57,023 nt of DNA from Corallochytrium limacisporum Hawaii (taxonomy: Eukaryota > Protista > Pluriformea): the NCBI GenBank assembly GCA_002811645.1, contig PDIP01000031.1, positions 143,497 to 200,519 of the forward strand, read 5' to 3'. A program made the position numbers and the translations under genes. Under the pieces are notes generated by a model. The model saw only the letters and a list, made by a program, of their open reading frames with translations, was not told where the DNA came from and did no database searches. This document shows positions 1 through 8,895 of this stretch, in pieces. Every line of letters begins with the position of its first letter. The first letter of the stretch is position 1.

Positions 1-610
1 TGGTTCAAGTCATGGTGGTAATAGATGCTCATATTTAATTTTTTTGTACGACTACGATGTGTTCAATGTCAAGCCAAAGTCAAAATAGTCCTTTTTTGAG
101 AGTAGCAGGGACTCTTCGTTTGAATCAGCTATTGAAATATTTTTTTATGATTGTTAAAAAGAGCAAAATATAATGAAATAGAATGGAATCAATATAAGTT
201 ATTATACAATCAAGATTAAAAAAGATCCTCGGGAGTCAAGTTTTTCGGAGTTTTGACCCTAACATACCAGACAGAGGGTGGTACTGCAGGATCTTTTCGC
301 TACTGAGAATTGCGCAGCCACTGTGGCCGACCATTACATCTGGTTGTTGTCAGCCTCCTTTCGAAATATGACAACCACGGAGTATGTCCAGACAGAGCGT
401 ACGGCTGGCCATTACTGCGACTGTGAAATGGTCCGCTCTTTGATTTTTTCAAGACGGGCTGCCCTGTCTCTGCTGGCGAAGGTATATTGGATTTACAACG
501 TCGATTACGCCCCCGGAATTGCAACCTGGATTCCTGTTTCGAAACCGTGATCAATCGCGACAAAATTTAGCAATAGTCTCTGCGTTATCTCGCTTGCAAA
601 AACTCTTACA

Positions 611-1042
611 ATGAACGTGAATCCTGACGCAAATGTTGGCTGGGACGAAGTCACCACCCTGCACAAGAAATCCACCGATCGCCCCCAAAAACTGAAGGGA
701 GATGTCGCTGTGCAAAAGGCCATGCGCAGCGGCGCTGCTGTCGAGACCTCACAGAAATTCGGAGCCGGAGGCAACCGTCAGAAGGGAACGGATTTGAACA
801 CTCTGAAACTCGACGAGGAGACGGAAAATTTCCACCACAAGCACGTTGAATTGAACTTCGGCAAACGTCTTCAGCAGGCACGTCTGGAGAAGAAGATGAC
901 CCAGAAGGACCTCGCAACAAAGATCAACGAGAAGCCCCAGATTGTGCAGGAGTACGAGAATGGAAAGGCCATCCCTAACAACCAGATTATTTCCAAGATG
1001 GAGCGTGCTTTGGGTGTGAAGTTGCGTGGAAAGAAGAAATAA
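611..1042 (+). CDS. MBF1: Multiprotein-bridging factor 1 (MBF1/EDF1)
   Basis: 143 aa. MBF1 N-terminal motifs (WDEVT, KFGAGGN, KLDEETE) and a C-terminal HTH (MTQKDLATKINEKPQIVQEYENGKAIPN). A at -3 of the ATG. Confidence 0.97.
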   Translation: MNVNPDANVGWDEVTTLHKKSTDRPQKLKGDVAVQKAMRSGAAVETSQKFGAGGNRQKGTDLNTLKLDEETENFHHKHVELNFGKRLQQARLEKKMTQKDLATKINEKPQIVQEYENGKAIPNNQIISKMERALGVKLRGKKK

Positions 1043-1183
1043 TTACGTTCTAGGTTAGGAATTGGTCCATGGTCTGATTGACTGACCTTTTATAGCGCTA
1101 TTAAACAAATTCACTATCCATTCAATGCATATTGTGATTCGCCAACTGAGCTCTATTGTATAGTTTAGTGATTGACACCATGC

Positions 1184-3547
1184 TTACTGATGCTGTGGCT
1201 GCCACATAGACCGCGAGAAGAAAGGATCCTCGTCGAATTCATCCGCAGGAGCTCGCTGCTGTGCCGCAGCCCGCATATTCATACGGAACTGACGCGCTCG
1301 GTGGTCATGGCCGTAGATGCCATTATAGTACCGACTAAACGCCCCTGTGCGGAACCATCGATCGTCCATGTTCTTCCAGTCACGGTACTGGCCCTTCATC
1401 GGCTTTCCAAACGCACAACTGCGTGGCTTCTTAACAGTGTCCGAGAATTTCTTCAGACTTTTTGTGGCCTGGTCAAAGTGCCAGCGCTCTTGGGCACGCA
1501 GCACGGCGGTGTCAGCTGCGAATCCGTGCGCCTTCCTTGACAGCGCAGACTCGCGTGACGGCGCAATAGTCGGATGATCGCGCGAGTCAAAGTCCAGGAA
1601 CCGCACAGTTTGCGATGTGGCGGCAAATAGGAACCGTCCGGAGAATTGAACCTTGTAGACACTGCTTTTCGAGTACTGTTCAATGTAGAACGATGTGGCC
1701 CAGGGGGACGGACCGAGGACTGCGCGTTGGTTTAGGAAGCGACTGTTAGTGCTGGAGCTTAGGCGTCGCAGGTCCAGAATCCGTACGCAGGCGTGCTGAC
1801 CCATGCCGACCGCAATATAAGGCTGATTTACCAAACCATGCACGGAATAGACCGGCACGTCTTCCGGCACATTTGCGAAAGCCGACGGCGTACGCTTATT
1901 GTTGCGGTCCCGTAGATCCCATAAGCACACGCGGGCATCGTAGGAGCCGGATATGCATAGGTTAGAGTCGAGCATGCAGAGATCGTAGCTGCTCATGCTC
2001 CGGAAGTTGCGTTCCGCAGCTTGGGCGGTCATGAGCCTTGCCTGTGGACCGGGCAAAGGCAGGTTAGTGGTGATAGGCACTGGAATGGGGGGCCGGGAGG
2101 GACCAGCGCGGTTCGGATCTCGGCTGTCCTCTGTTGATGGCAGGAACATATCCACTCGCGTGCGTGAGTCAGATTCCTTCAATGTGACGTAGCCTAGTTC
2201 GTTGACGACAGGTAGATCCTCCCGTGAGGCATCAATGATCATCACGGGCGTCATGTCGTTCTCCTTAGTGATCTTGTTACCATTGGTGCCGATCGCAATG
2301 TAGCCGTCCCGTTCCGGTAGGGCTTTGATCACTTTGACACGCCCACTAACCTCACGCGTGAGTTCAGCACAGCCACGCTCAATGTCATAGTCTTTGCGTA
2401 GTCTCTTCGCCATATGCTGCTCAGCCGACCCGCGGCTGGGTGATGGCGGGCGAGTGTTCTGGTCAAAGTACGGAGGCAGTGAATTGATCCAATTCTTGTC
2501 TACAATTACACTGCCTTGACGAGTACCGAGGCAAAGCAGCGGCGTGTGCTGTAACTGCGGCCGCACAATTTCTGTGCAGAGGACGCCGCCAGTTTGTACG
2601 TATTCAAACTTTGCCGCTGGTCTCTCGTACATGGAGTTGAACATGATCTTCGGAATATTACCCTCAATGCCACTACCGGAAATATAATTTCCACGTTTCG
2701 TTGGGAACTGGGCATAGCCCGGCCCATCGACATCGTAAGTGAGATCCCATATCCGCACCACACCGTCCATGTGACCAGCAGCTAGGAGAGTGTGGTTGTT
2801 GCCATCATCCCACAGATGGAATTTGCTCACATCTTCCCGTGTAGGTTGGTCGTCTGACAGAATGCGGTCCGGTACGTAATAGCCCTTGCGTCCATCCTCC
2901 TGCCACGCAATGCCACCCTTACGCATACGTCGCATCTGTTGGTCGGGTTGGTCCGGGTCGCTATTCTCGGGTGTCCGCGGCAGCCAAACCAAAATCTCTG
3001 GCCCGCGGCTGACTACCAAACAGGCTTTGTTCTGTAGGAATCCGAGGTCCGGCATCATGATCTGCTGAAAGTTGTACACTCTGTGCAAAATGGCGCGTGC
3101 AGTAGTAATGGCCATGTTCAGGTGCTTCCCCTGGTAGTAAGCGCCTTTTAAAGGCGCACTCTTGTGCATGCGATCTAACGCAGCCAGGTTCGGGGTGCTG
3201 TCAACAATGAAGGCCAAGTCTCTGAACGGTTCCAGTCCCCAACGCTGAATTGCTTGTGTTGGCTCCTGTGGGGGAATTGCCCCAGACACCATTAACTTTT
3301 CCCGCATGCTGGCCTCAACAGCTCGTTCAAACATGTCACGGTAGTTAAAACCGATTAGATACTTCCTGCTGATGTGGTTCATGGACTGCATCCATCGTGC
3401 TGAATGATTTGAGAGTTGATAAAGCCCTTTACTTACCTTGCAGAGCTCTAAGAGGTCCTTCCGAAGCAAGTACCCTGATATAATGTCAAAGACATCCTGC
3501 GGCAAGGTGTCCAGAGACGCCCGCTGATGGCTTGGCCTCTGTGCCAT
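1184..3547 (-). CDS. F-box/WD40 protein, FBXW4 (dactylin)-like
   Basis: 787 aa. N-terminal F-box (LDTLPQDVFDIISGYL...DLLELCKVSK) and WD repeats (AAGHMDGVVRIWDL, SGSYDARVCLWDLR, VRILDLR). The last blade SSVYKVQFSGRFLFAATSQTVRFLDF resembles the FBXW4 C-terminal blade as I recall it. Confidence 0.85.
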   Translation of the reverse strand: MAQRPSHQRASLDTLPQDVFDIISGYLLRKDLLELCKVSKGLYQLSNHSARWMQSMNHISRKYLIGFNYRDMFERAVEASMREKLMVSGAIPPQEPTQAIQRWGLEPFRDLAFIVDSTPNLAALDRMHKSAPLKGAYYQGKHLNMAITTARAILHRVYNFQQIMMPDLGFLQNKACLVVSRGPEILVWLPRTPENSDPDQPDQQMRRMRKGGIAWQEDGRKGYYVPDRILSDDQPTREDVSKFHLWDDGNNHTLLAAGHMDGVVRIWDLTYDVDGPGYAQFPTKRGNYISGSGIEGNIPKIMFNSMYERPAAKFEYVQTGGVLCTEIVRPQLQHTPLLCLGTRQGSVIVDKNWINSLPPYFDQNTRPPSPSRGSAEQHMAKRLRKDYDIERGCAELTREVSGRVKVIKALPERDGYIAIGTNGNKITKENDMTPVMIIDASREDLPVVNELGYVTLKESDSRTRVDMFLPSTEDSRDPNRAGPSRPPIPVPITTNLPLPGPQARLMTAQAAERNFRSMSSYDLCMLDSNLCISGSYDARVCLWDLRDRNNKRTPSAFANVPEDVPVYSVHGLVNQPYIAVGMGQHACVRILDLRRLSSSTNSRFLNQRAVLGPSPWATSFYIEQYSKSSVYKVQFSGRFLFAATSQTVRFLDFDSRDHPTIAPSRESALSRKAHGFAADTAVLRAQERWHFDQATKSLKKFSDTVKKPRSCAFGKPMKGQYRDWKNMDDRWFRTGAFSRYYNGIYGHDHRARQFRMNMRAAAQQRAPADEFDEDPFFSRSMWQPQHQ

Positions 3548-5557
3548 CCTCCTTCGTGTTCTTCTTTATATAATACCAAGGAACAGTCTTTCTACATCGT
3601 CTCTTTCAAAAAAGCTCCTGAATGCGAACAGTCCAAATTATATTCTAGTCGCCCGATTAGTTCTGGCTCTTGCGTCCTGTCGAAACCCGCTATTTCACTC
3701 CTTGGATTCCTCTACGCACCAGAGATTACACCGAAGACATTAGACAGATACTGTTCACGCACTATAATGAGTAAATCGTAATAAACACCTTCAACTACTC
3801 GTATCTTTTAATAATTACAGACACCGTGAAGCGAAGACCACAGGCACGGTCTCAGAAACGTTCGCCCCTGCACACCCTCAGTGCGCCCGCCCTACAAAAA
3901 TGGAAAGTCAGTGTGAAAAATGCGCCCCGCGCCAACTAACAGTACACCCCCCTTCGCCCGGTGGTACCCGTGGCATGTGTCCCTCGAACCCACCCGCTGT
4001 ACCCTAGCAAAACACCACAGTCGCTTTCCTTGCCCCCCTGAGAAACACACTCTGGTCCCGTCCCGTCAGCGAGTCAGCGCAATGAGCGAAACCCCCCCCC
4101 CCGGGGGTTTCCCTTATCCCCCTGTCTCAGGTGGGTAACGGAGTTTCTCATCAGCGATGGTTTTTCTTTCCTGCGCCCCCATCCTCGCAACTCCCCACTC
4201 TTCTCGCAAAACGGCCACCACCCATCTTCCCCCCCCTCCCCCCCGGGGGCCAACCATCCGCTCCCCGCCTTTTGGTACACAGAGAGTGTAAGTAAGTCCA
4301 GGTTTCCGTGCTTGGGCGCCCGTCCGGACCCTAAGGACTAAGGAAGCGAGGAGGTAGGAACACGAAGAAGGATGCAGGGTTGTGTCTTTCATACGAGGAG
4401 CCCTACGGGCCCACATAGTAAACGCCTTTCTGGACGGCGAATCTTATTCAGCACCGCGCACCCCGGACGACGTTACGCACACAGCCACCTCTCTCTTTCG
4501 CACACGGCTATCTACAAAACTAACTTTTGTGGCTGGTTTGGCCAAAGTGATTGCTGGCTCCCCAGGTTTCCGTAGAAGGACTGGTTTGAAAGATGCACCG
4601 TGTTGCGTCTGGAAAATTTCCACGTTCGCGTGAAGGTGCGCTGCCGCTACTTGCGAGCCCTGCGGAACAGCGCCGTTCAAAAGAAAGGAACGGGAAACCT
4701 ATCAAAGTGGCCAAAAAGGGGCCCCGCTGTCCCTAATCGCATCAGTCTCATCGTTCTAGCTTCGTCACAACTCTTTTCGAGAACGGTGATCAAACAGATG
4801 CCTGCGCGATGGTCGTTCACAGCATCGTAAAAGTGATCCCAGTGGTGGTTAAATAGCGAGGTACGTCGCGATATAGGTGCGATACGATGCGATGTTGATG
4901 CGGCGATTGGCGAAAAAAAAAGTCGATGATAGCCAAATACGCAGAGAATAAAAGCCAGAAAGGCGCGGCACCTCTTGGGGCAGGTAGGGGAGGGAATACC
5001 TGGTCTGGGCCGGAATCTACCCGGGTTGGGAGGAAGGGGAGGAGGAGGGGGAAGGAAGCAAAATTTCTCCAGCACGGTCCACGCTCATCCCTGGGCCCTT
5101 TTCCGTGCTCGACTTGTCCATTTTCCATTCCCTTAAGGTTTGACGTGGGCGACCAAGCCATTGTGAAGATTGACTATCGAAAACATACGGGAAGTGCTCA
5201 CCAGCGAGTCGTTAGGTGAGGAGCGACTTGTTTCCGCTGGCCCCGTCGGGACGCGCCCGGGGGGCGTTAGTGACAGCGGCGGGTCCTCCTCCCCCGGATA
5301 GCTTAAACAAGTGTAATCACGGACTGGAGTGCGAGTGTCTCGGCGGATTGGCAACCAGGTGGTGATGCCATCGACCAGGAACGTGCTTCTTGCACTGAAT
5401 AAGCGGAGTTCATTAACTGTCATATTCACGATCAGGTCCCCAAGGGACTACTAGTATGGGATAGCCCCGTACGCACGGGAAGTCGTAGGTTGTTGTCAAG
5501 GTATCGTACTTCTTAATTTATTGACTGCCCATAGGCATCTCACGTAGATCATCAAGT

Positions 5558-6394
5558 ATGGCAACAACATGTTCAGTACAAGACAGTTGCATCGGCGGGA
5601 AAGAAGAGTTTTCCAATACACACACCATCATGTTGGTCCAGCGGTACCCTTTCCTCGCAAATCTACCAATCATCAGCACGGTCCTGTTCTTCTGCATCCT
5701 TGCTTTTTGCGTACTCTACGCTAGCTTCGGTCCGACTGAGTACGGCTACGGCGGCATTAGGTATCCATACATCAGTGATACTATCAAACATGATCCCACT
5801 TACACATTCTACTTGGTATCCATGAGTATTGTGACGATTATAGTGTTTGTGGGCAGCACTTGCTATGCACAACTGCTAAATTGCGAGGGCAAGCGTGTGT
5901 CGGCTGCGTTTATCATCGTTCTGAATGTACTGGCCATGCTTTCTGCCCTGCTCTTGGGAGGTTTCGATACTAATGATTACCCAACACTGCACGACATCTT
6001 TGCAACACTGTTCTTCGTTTTCATTCTGATCTGGACCATAGTAGTGACTTGGAATGTCTATCGTCTGGCCCAACCAAGGTTCAATGCCACCTATCAAAGC
6101 ATCTGGTACCGTGTCCGGATACCTAAATATTCATGCATTGTGTTCATTGTGGTGGGATTGATCATATATCTGCCTGTCGGTATCAGTTTAAGTTGCGAGG
6201 TTGAGCGTGACGAGAACAACGAGCCGGACTACACCGGCTGCTCCGGAGTTAACGAGATGCGAGCCATCACTCAGCAGATTACTGTGTTCTTCCTAATCGT
6301 CTTCCAGGCCACCACTTCGATGGAGCTGCGAGCAGTGGCAGGTATCAGCCGGCACGCAAAGTCCAAGAATGTTCCAGGAGGGGAACCTGTTTGA
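5558..6394 (+). CDS. Frag1/DRAM/Sfk1 (TMEM150) family multi-pass membrane protein
   Basis: 278 aa with about 6 hydrophobic segments. Family signature YPYISDT after TM1 and LHDIFATLFF. The start could instead be the second Met at 5630. Confidence 0.85.
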   Translation: MATTCSVQDSCIGGKEEFSNTHTIMLVQRYPFLANLPIISTVLFFCILAFCVLYASFGPTEYGYGGIRYPYISDTIKHDPTYTFYLVSMSIVTIIVFVGSTCYAQLLNCEGKRVSAAFIIVLNVLAMLSALLLGGFDTNDYPTLHDIFATLFFVFILIWTIVVTWNVYRLAQPRFNATYQSIWYRVRIPKYSCIVFIVVGLIIYLPVGISLSCEVERDENNEPDYTGCSGVNEMRAITQQITVFFLIVFQATTSMELRAVAGISRHAKSKNVPGGEPV

Positions 6395-6862
6395 AAAGCT
6401 GCCCCGTTTGTACCCTTTTTTTTATCATAATTAGTTACCATCTTCTTCCAAAACCACCATCCACATATAGCATCAATACATTCACAGTGTCATCATCTAC
6501 TAAGGAACTGCAGCCATCAGTTTGTTCGCCACCATACGAAGTCATGCGCATTCGCTCGACGTCACCGCCACCCGGCCAGTCCACCCTCCCCCCCCAGAGG
6601 GGGGGGTGCGGGGATTGTACCGAGGCAGGGCGGGAAAGGATACAGCCCGGAATCAGTGTCTCTTCATGTCCAGAATGCGAGTTATCTGCTTAGCTATTTG
6701 ATGGGGACTTTAATCTGTTATAAAGACGGACTACATTCGTTAACTAAGCTCTGGATATACTATCACACGAAGATGATAATGTAAGGAACTAACGTATTAA
6801 TAGATCTATGAGAGCGAACCACACTCAAACGCACTCAGAGTACAAAACAATCACAACTTGAA

Positions 6863-7828
6863 ATGGTAGTGGAAGATCTGGATTTTTGGATCACCTCTGT
6901 GGTGTGTATCCTTGGTATGCTAGTGTTGATAGCTTGGAGGCTTGAGATCTGGCCGTTGTCTTCGCCACGGTCACGGCTGCGGTGTAGACACGGCACAGAG
7001 CGACGCATCTTGGTTGTACTCGGATCCGGAGGGCACACAACAGAGATGCTCAACGTTTTGGACCGCATGCCCCTCCTGTCGGGCGATAGATTTTGCCAGG
7101 ATATAATGGTGGATGCGCTCCACCGCCTGAGGTCGTATCATTTCACGTTTGTTTACGCTGCTGATGATCAGATGAGCGCACGAAAGGGCGAGGCATGGGT
7201 CGAACGCCATGCTCTCGGATCGTCACTGTACAAAGAATCGCACACAAACTTGCAGACCCCTCACGATCACAGCGCCAATGCTGGAGGCGCGGGCGGTACA
7301 GTGAACGTGCGGATCAGCGCGGATTTAATACCAATTCCTCGGGCGAGGGCAGTGCGACAGTCGTGGCTTACAGTACCTTTCACTGTGGCGTGGAGTCTCC
7401 TGTGTAGTGCAGGTACGGTGTACCGTTGTATCGTTCGGGACGGAGGTACGGATCTGGTACTGGTCAATGGGCCTGGCACCTGCGTGCCCGTAATGTGCTG
7501 GGCATATTTGTTCAAAGTGAGTATCTACTGCCGACTGTAAATTTGTTCAGCTTATGTCAGAGAATGCTAACCAATGATAACGTATGACTGTGGTTGTATT
7601 TTGTGTATTATGTTACAGAATATGCTCAAACTTTTCGGTCCGTTTCCATATCATGACGAAAACTCCGGTGTCCGCCTCGTCTTTCTGGAATCCATCTGCC
7701 GCACTGCGACTCTGTCACTGAGTGGGAAACTACTCCGGCCTTTCGTGGATACCTTTGTGGTGCAATGGCCTGCACTGCTTAAAGTTGCTCCCGGCAGCGT
7801 TTATTTTGGGGGCCCTGTGGTAATTTGA
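6863..7828 (+). CDS. ALG14: UDP-GlcNAc transferase subunit ALG14, join(6863..7516,7619..7828), 287 aa
   Basis: Exon 1 has an N-terminal TM, LVVLGSGGHTTEM, IPRARAVRQSW and NGPGTCVP. Exon 2 has FLESICR, LSLSGKLL and FVVQWP. A phase-0 GT-AG intron joins them in frame. Confidence 0.93.
7517..7618 (+). other. Spliceosomal intron in ALG14 (102 nt, phase 0)
   Basis: Donor AAA|GTGAGT, branch motif TGCTAAC at 7565-7571, acceptor TTACAG|. The intron contains an in-frame stop, and removing it restores the ALG14 C-terminus. Confidence 0.9.
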
Positions 7829-7918
7829 ATACAATGCCTTCAGATCTATGCTAAAACTAGTATCAGTAACAGCTATACCATGCCTATCTTTGTGTGTCTA
7901 CGTGACTTTTCCGATCAA

Positions 7919-8338
7919 TCAATCCTTCCGATCCGGCACCCGTGAAGAAAGGCCAAGGAGTCCCGTCCAGTATGTGATCGATAGGACGGACTGCTCAGCC
8001 TCTGTCACTGCTGTTGATGGAGTCGTCGTGTTGCTCTTGATTTGCTCCACCTGCTTCATATGTTCTTCGGCTTTGTTCTTTTGTTCCTGGGGCTGCTGCT
8101 GCTGCTGTGGCTTCTCGTCTTCGTCTGCCGTATAATCTGGAATGTTTGTGTTCGGTTTCAGGGCCAAAAACATAAGTTGATCACCAATGAAAGCACTGGT
8201 GAACAGGACTGCTCCTGTGGCAAGATACTGGTTTCTATTCATATCGCTTGTAGTATATGTTCCCTTCGCCTCCTGCGATAGCCAGTTCACTTCTGTTTCA
8301 GTGAGTGGTTCCGCACCAGCATTTCCTTGAATGCACAT
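7919..8338 (-). CDS. Hypothetical protein (~139 aa) with one hydrophobic segment and a Q/E-rich tract
   Basis: Protein-like composition (EDEKPQQQQQPQEQK). Converges on ALG14 with a 90-bp gap, like other real gene pairs here. The start is uncertain: the ORF is open to 8461 and there is an acceptor-like TTTCTTTCAG at 8376. Confidence 0.55.
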   Translation of the reverse strand: MCIQGNAGAEPLTETEVNWLSQEAKGTYTTSDMNRNQYLATGAVLFTSAFIGDQLMFLALKPNTNIPDYTADEDEKPQQQQQPQEQKNKAEEHMKQVEQIKSNTTTPSTAVTEAEQSVLSITYWTGLLGLSSRVPDRKD

Positions 8339-8895
8339 TGATTTATTTTCTACCACTTCCTTGGTTTCGTCGAACCTGAAAGAAACGATTCCGATGTCGA
8401 AACACATGAACATAGTGACAAACTTGACGCTCAATGGAAGAGGCGCAGGTGACAAACACATTCTCCTCGTCTCCGCCCAGCTCTTTGACGGGGTGGGAGA
8501 AAGCGGGTGCGTGGGTGGGGGGTTTGGATTCCAATAGGTAACTCTCTCTCCCTTTTATTCCGCGGGTCCGGGTCGGGCGAAGGTGAACCCGGGCGCAGGC
8601 GGTTGTTGGGTGGATGGACCCAAAGGAACGCTCTGCGATCTGTCTGCGGTTGTCAAAGCTAGGTGACACCATATCTACGCATATCATCAAACCATGCTTA
8701 TACCATGTCCGATGTGTTATCGAGAGGCCTCCTAAGAAAAATGAATATTCAAGTTTAATCTGCTGCGTATCTATTGTAGGGCGGTCTAGATACCTAACCC
8801 GCGACAAGTATTTGTTCGATTTTGGTGTGTGTGGCCATGAACACGGCTGCCATGGTCAGGAATGTGGTTTTCAATATCAGGCATCCCAGGTCATT

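Noticed and set aside
4103-4113. GGGGGTTTCCC, an NF-kB-like site (also GGAAAATTTCC at 4611)
   Set aside because: It is part of a C/G tract, and the second motif also occurs inside the MBF1 CDS. Not distinguishable from chance.
3782-5557. Many 60-130 aa ORFs in the GC-rich divergent intergenic region (also at 11.1-13.3 kb, 17.8-19.5 kb, 32.8-33.6 kb and 44.2-46.0 kb)
   Set aside because: They overlap in all frames, translate homopolymer tracts and show no recognisable motifs. This is expected in GC-rich promoter DNA.
6781-6838. GTAAGG, ACTAAC and CTCAG upstream of ALG14 as a 5'-UTR intron
   Set aside because: The donor is only about 11 nt from the branch A, and several AGs intervene before the proposed acceptor.
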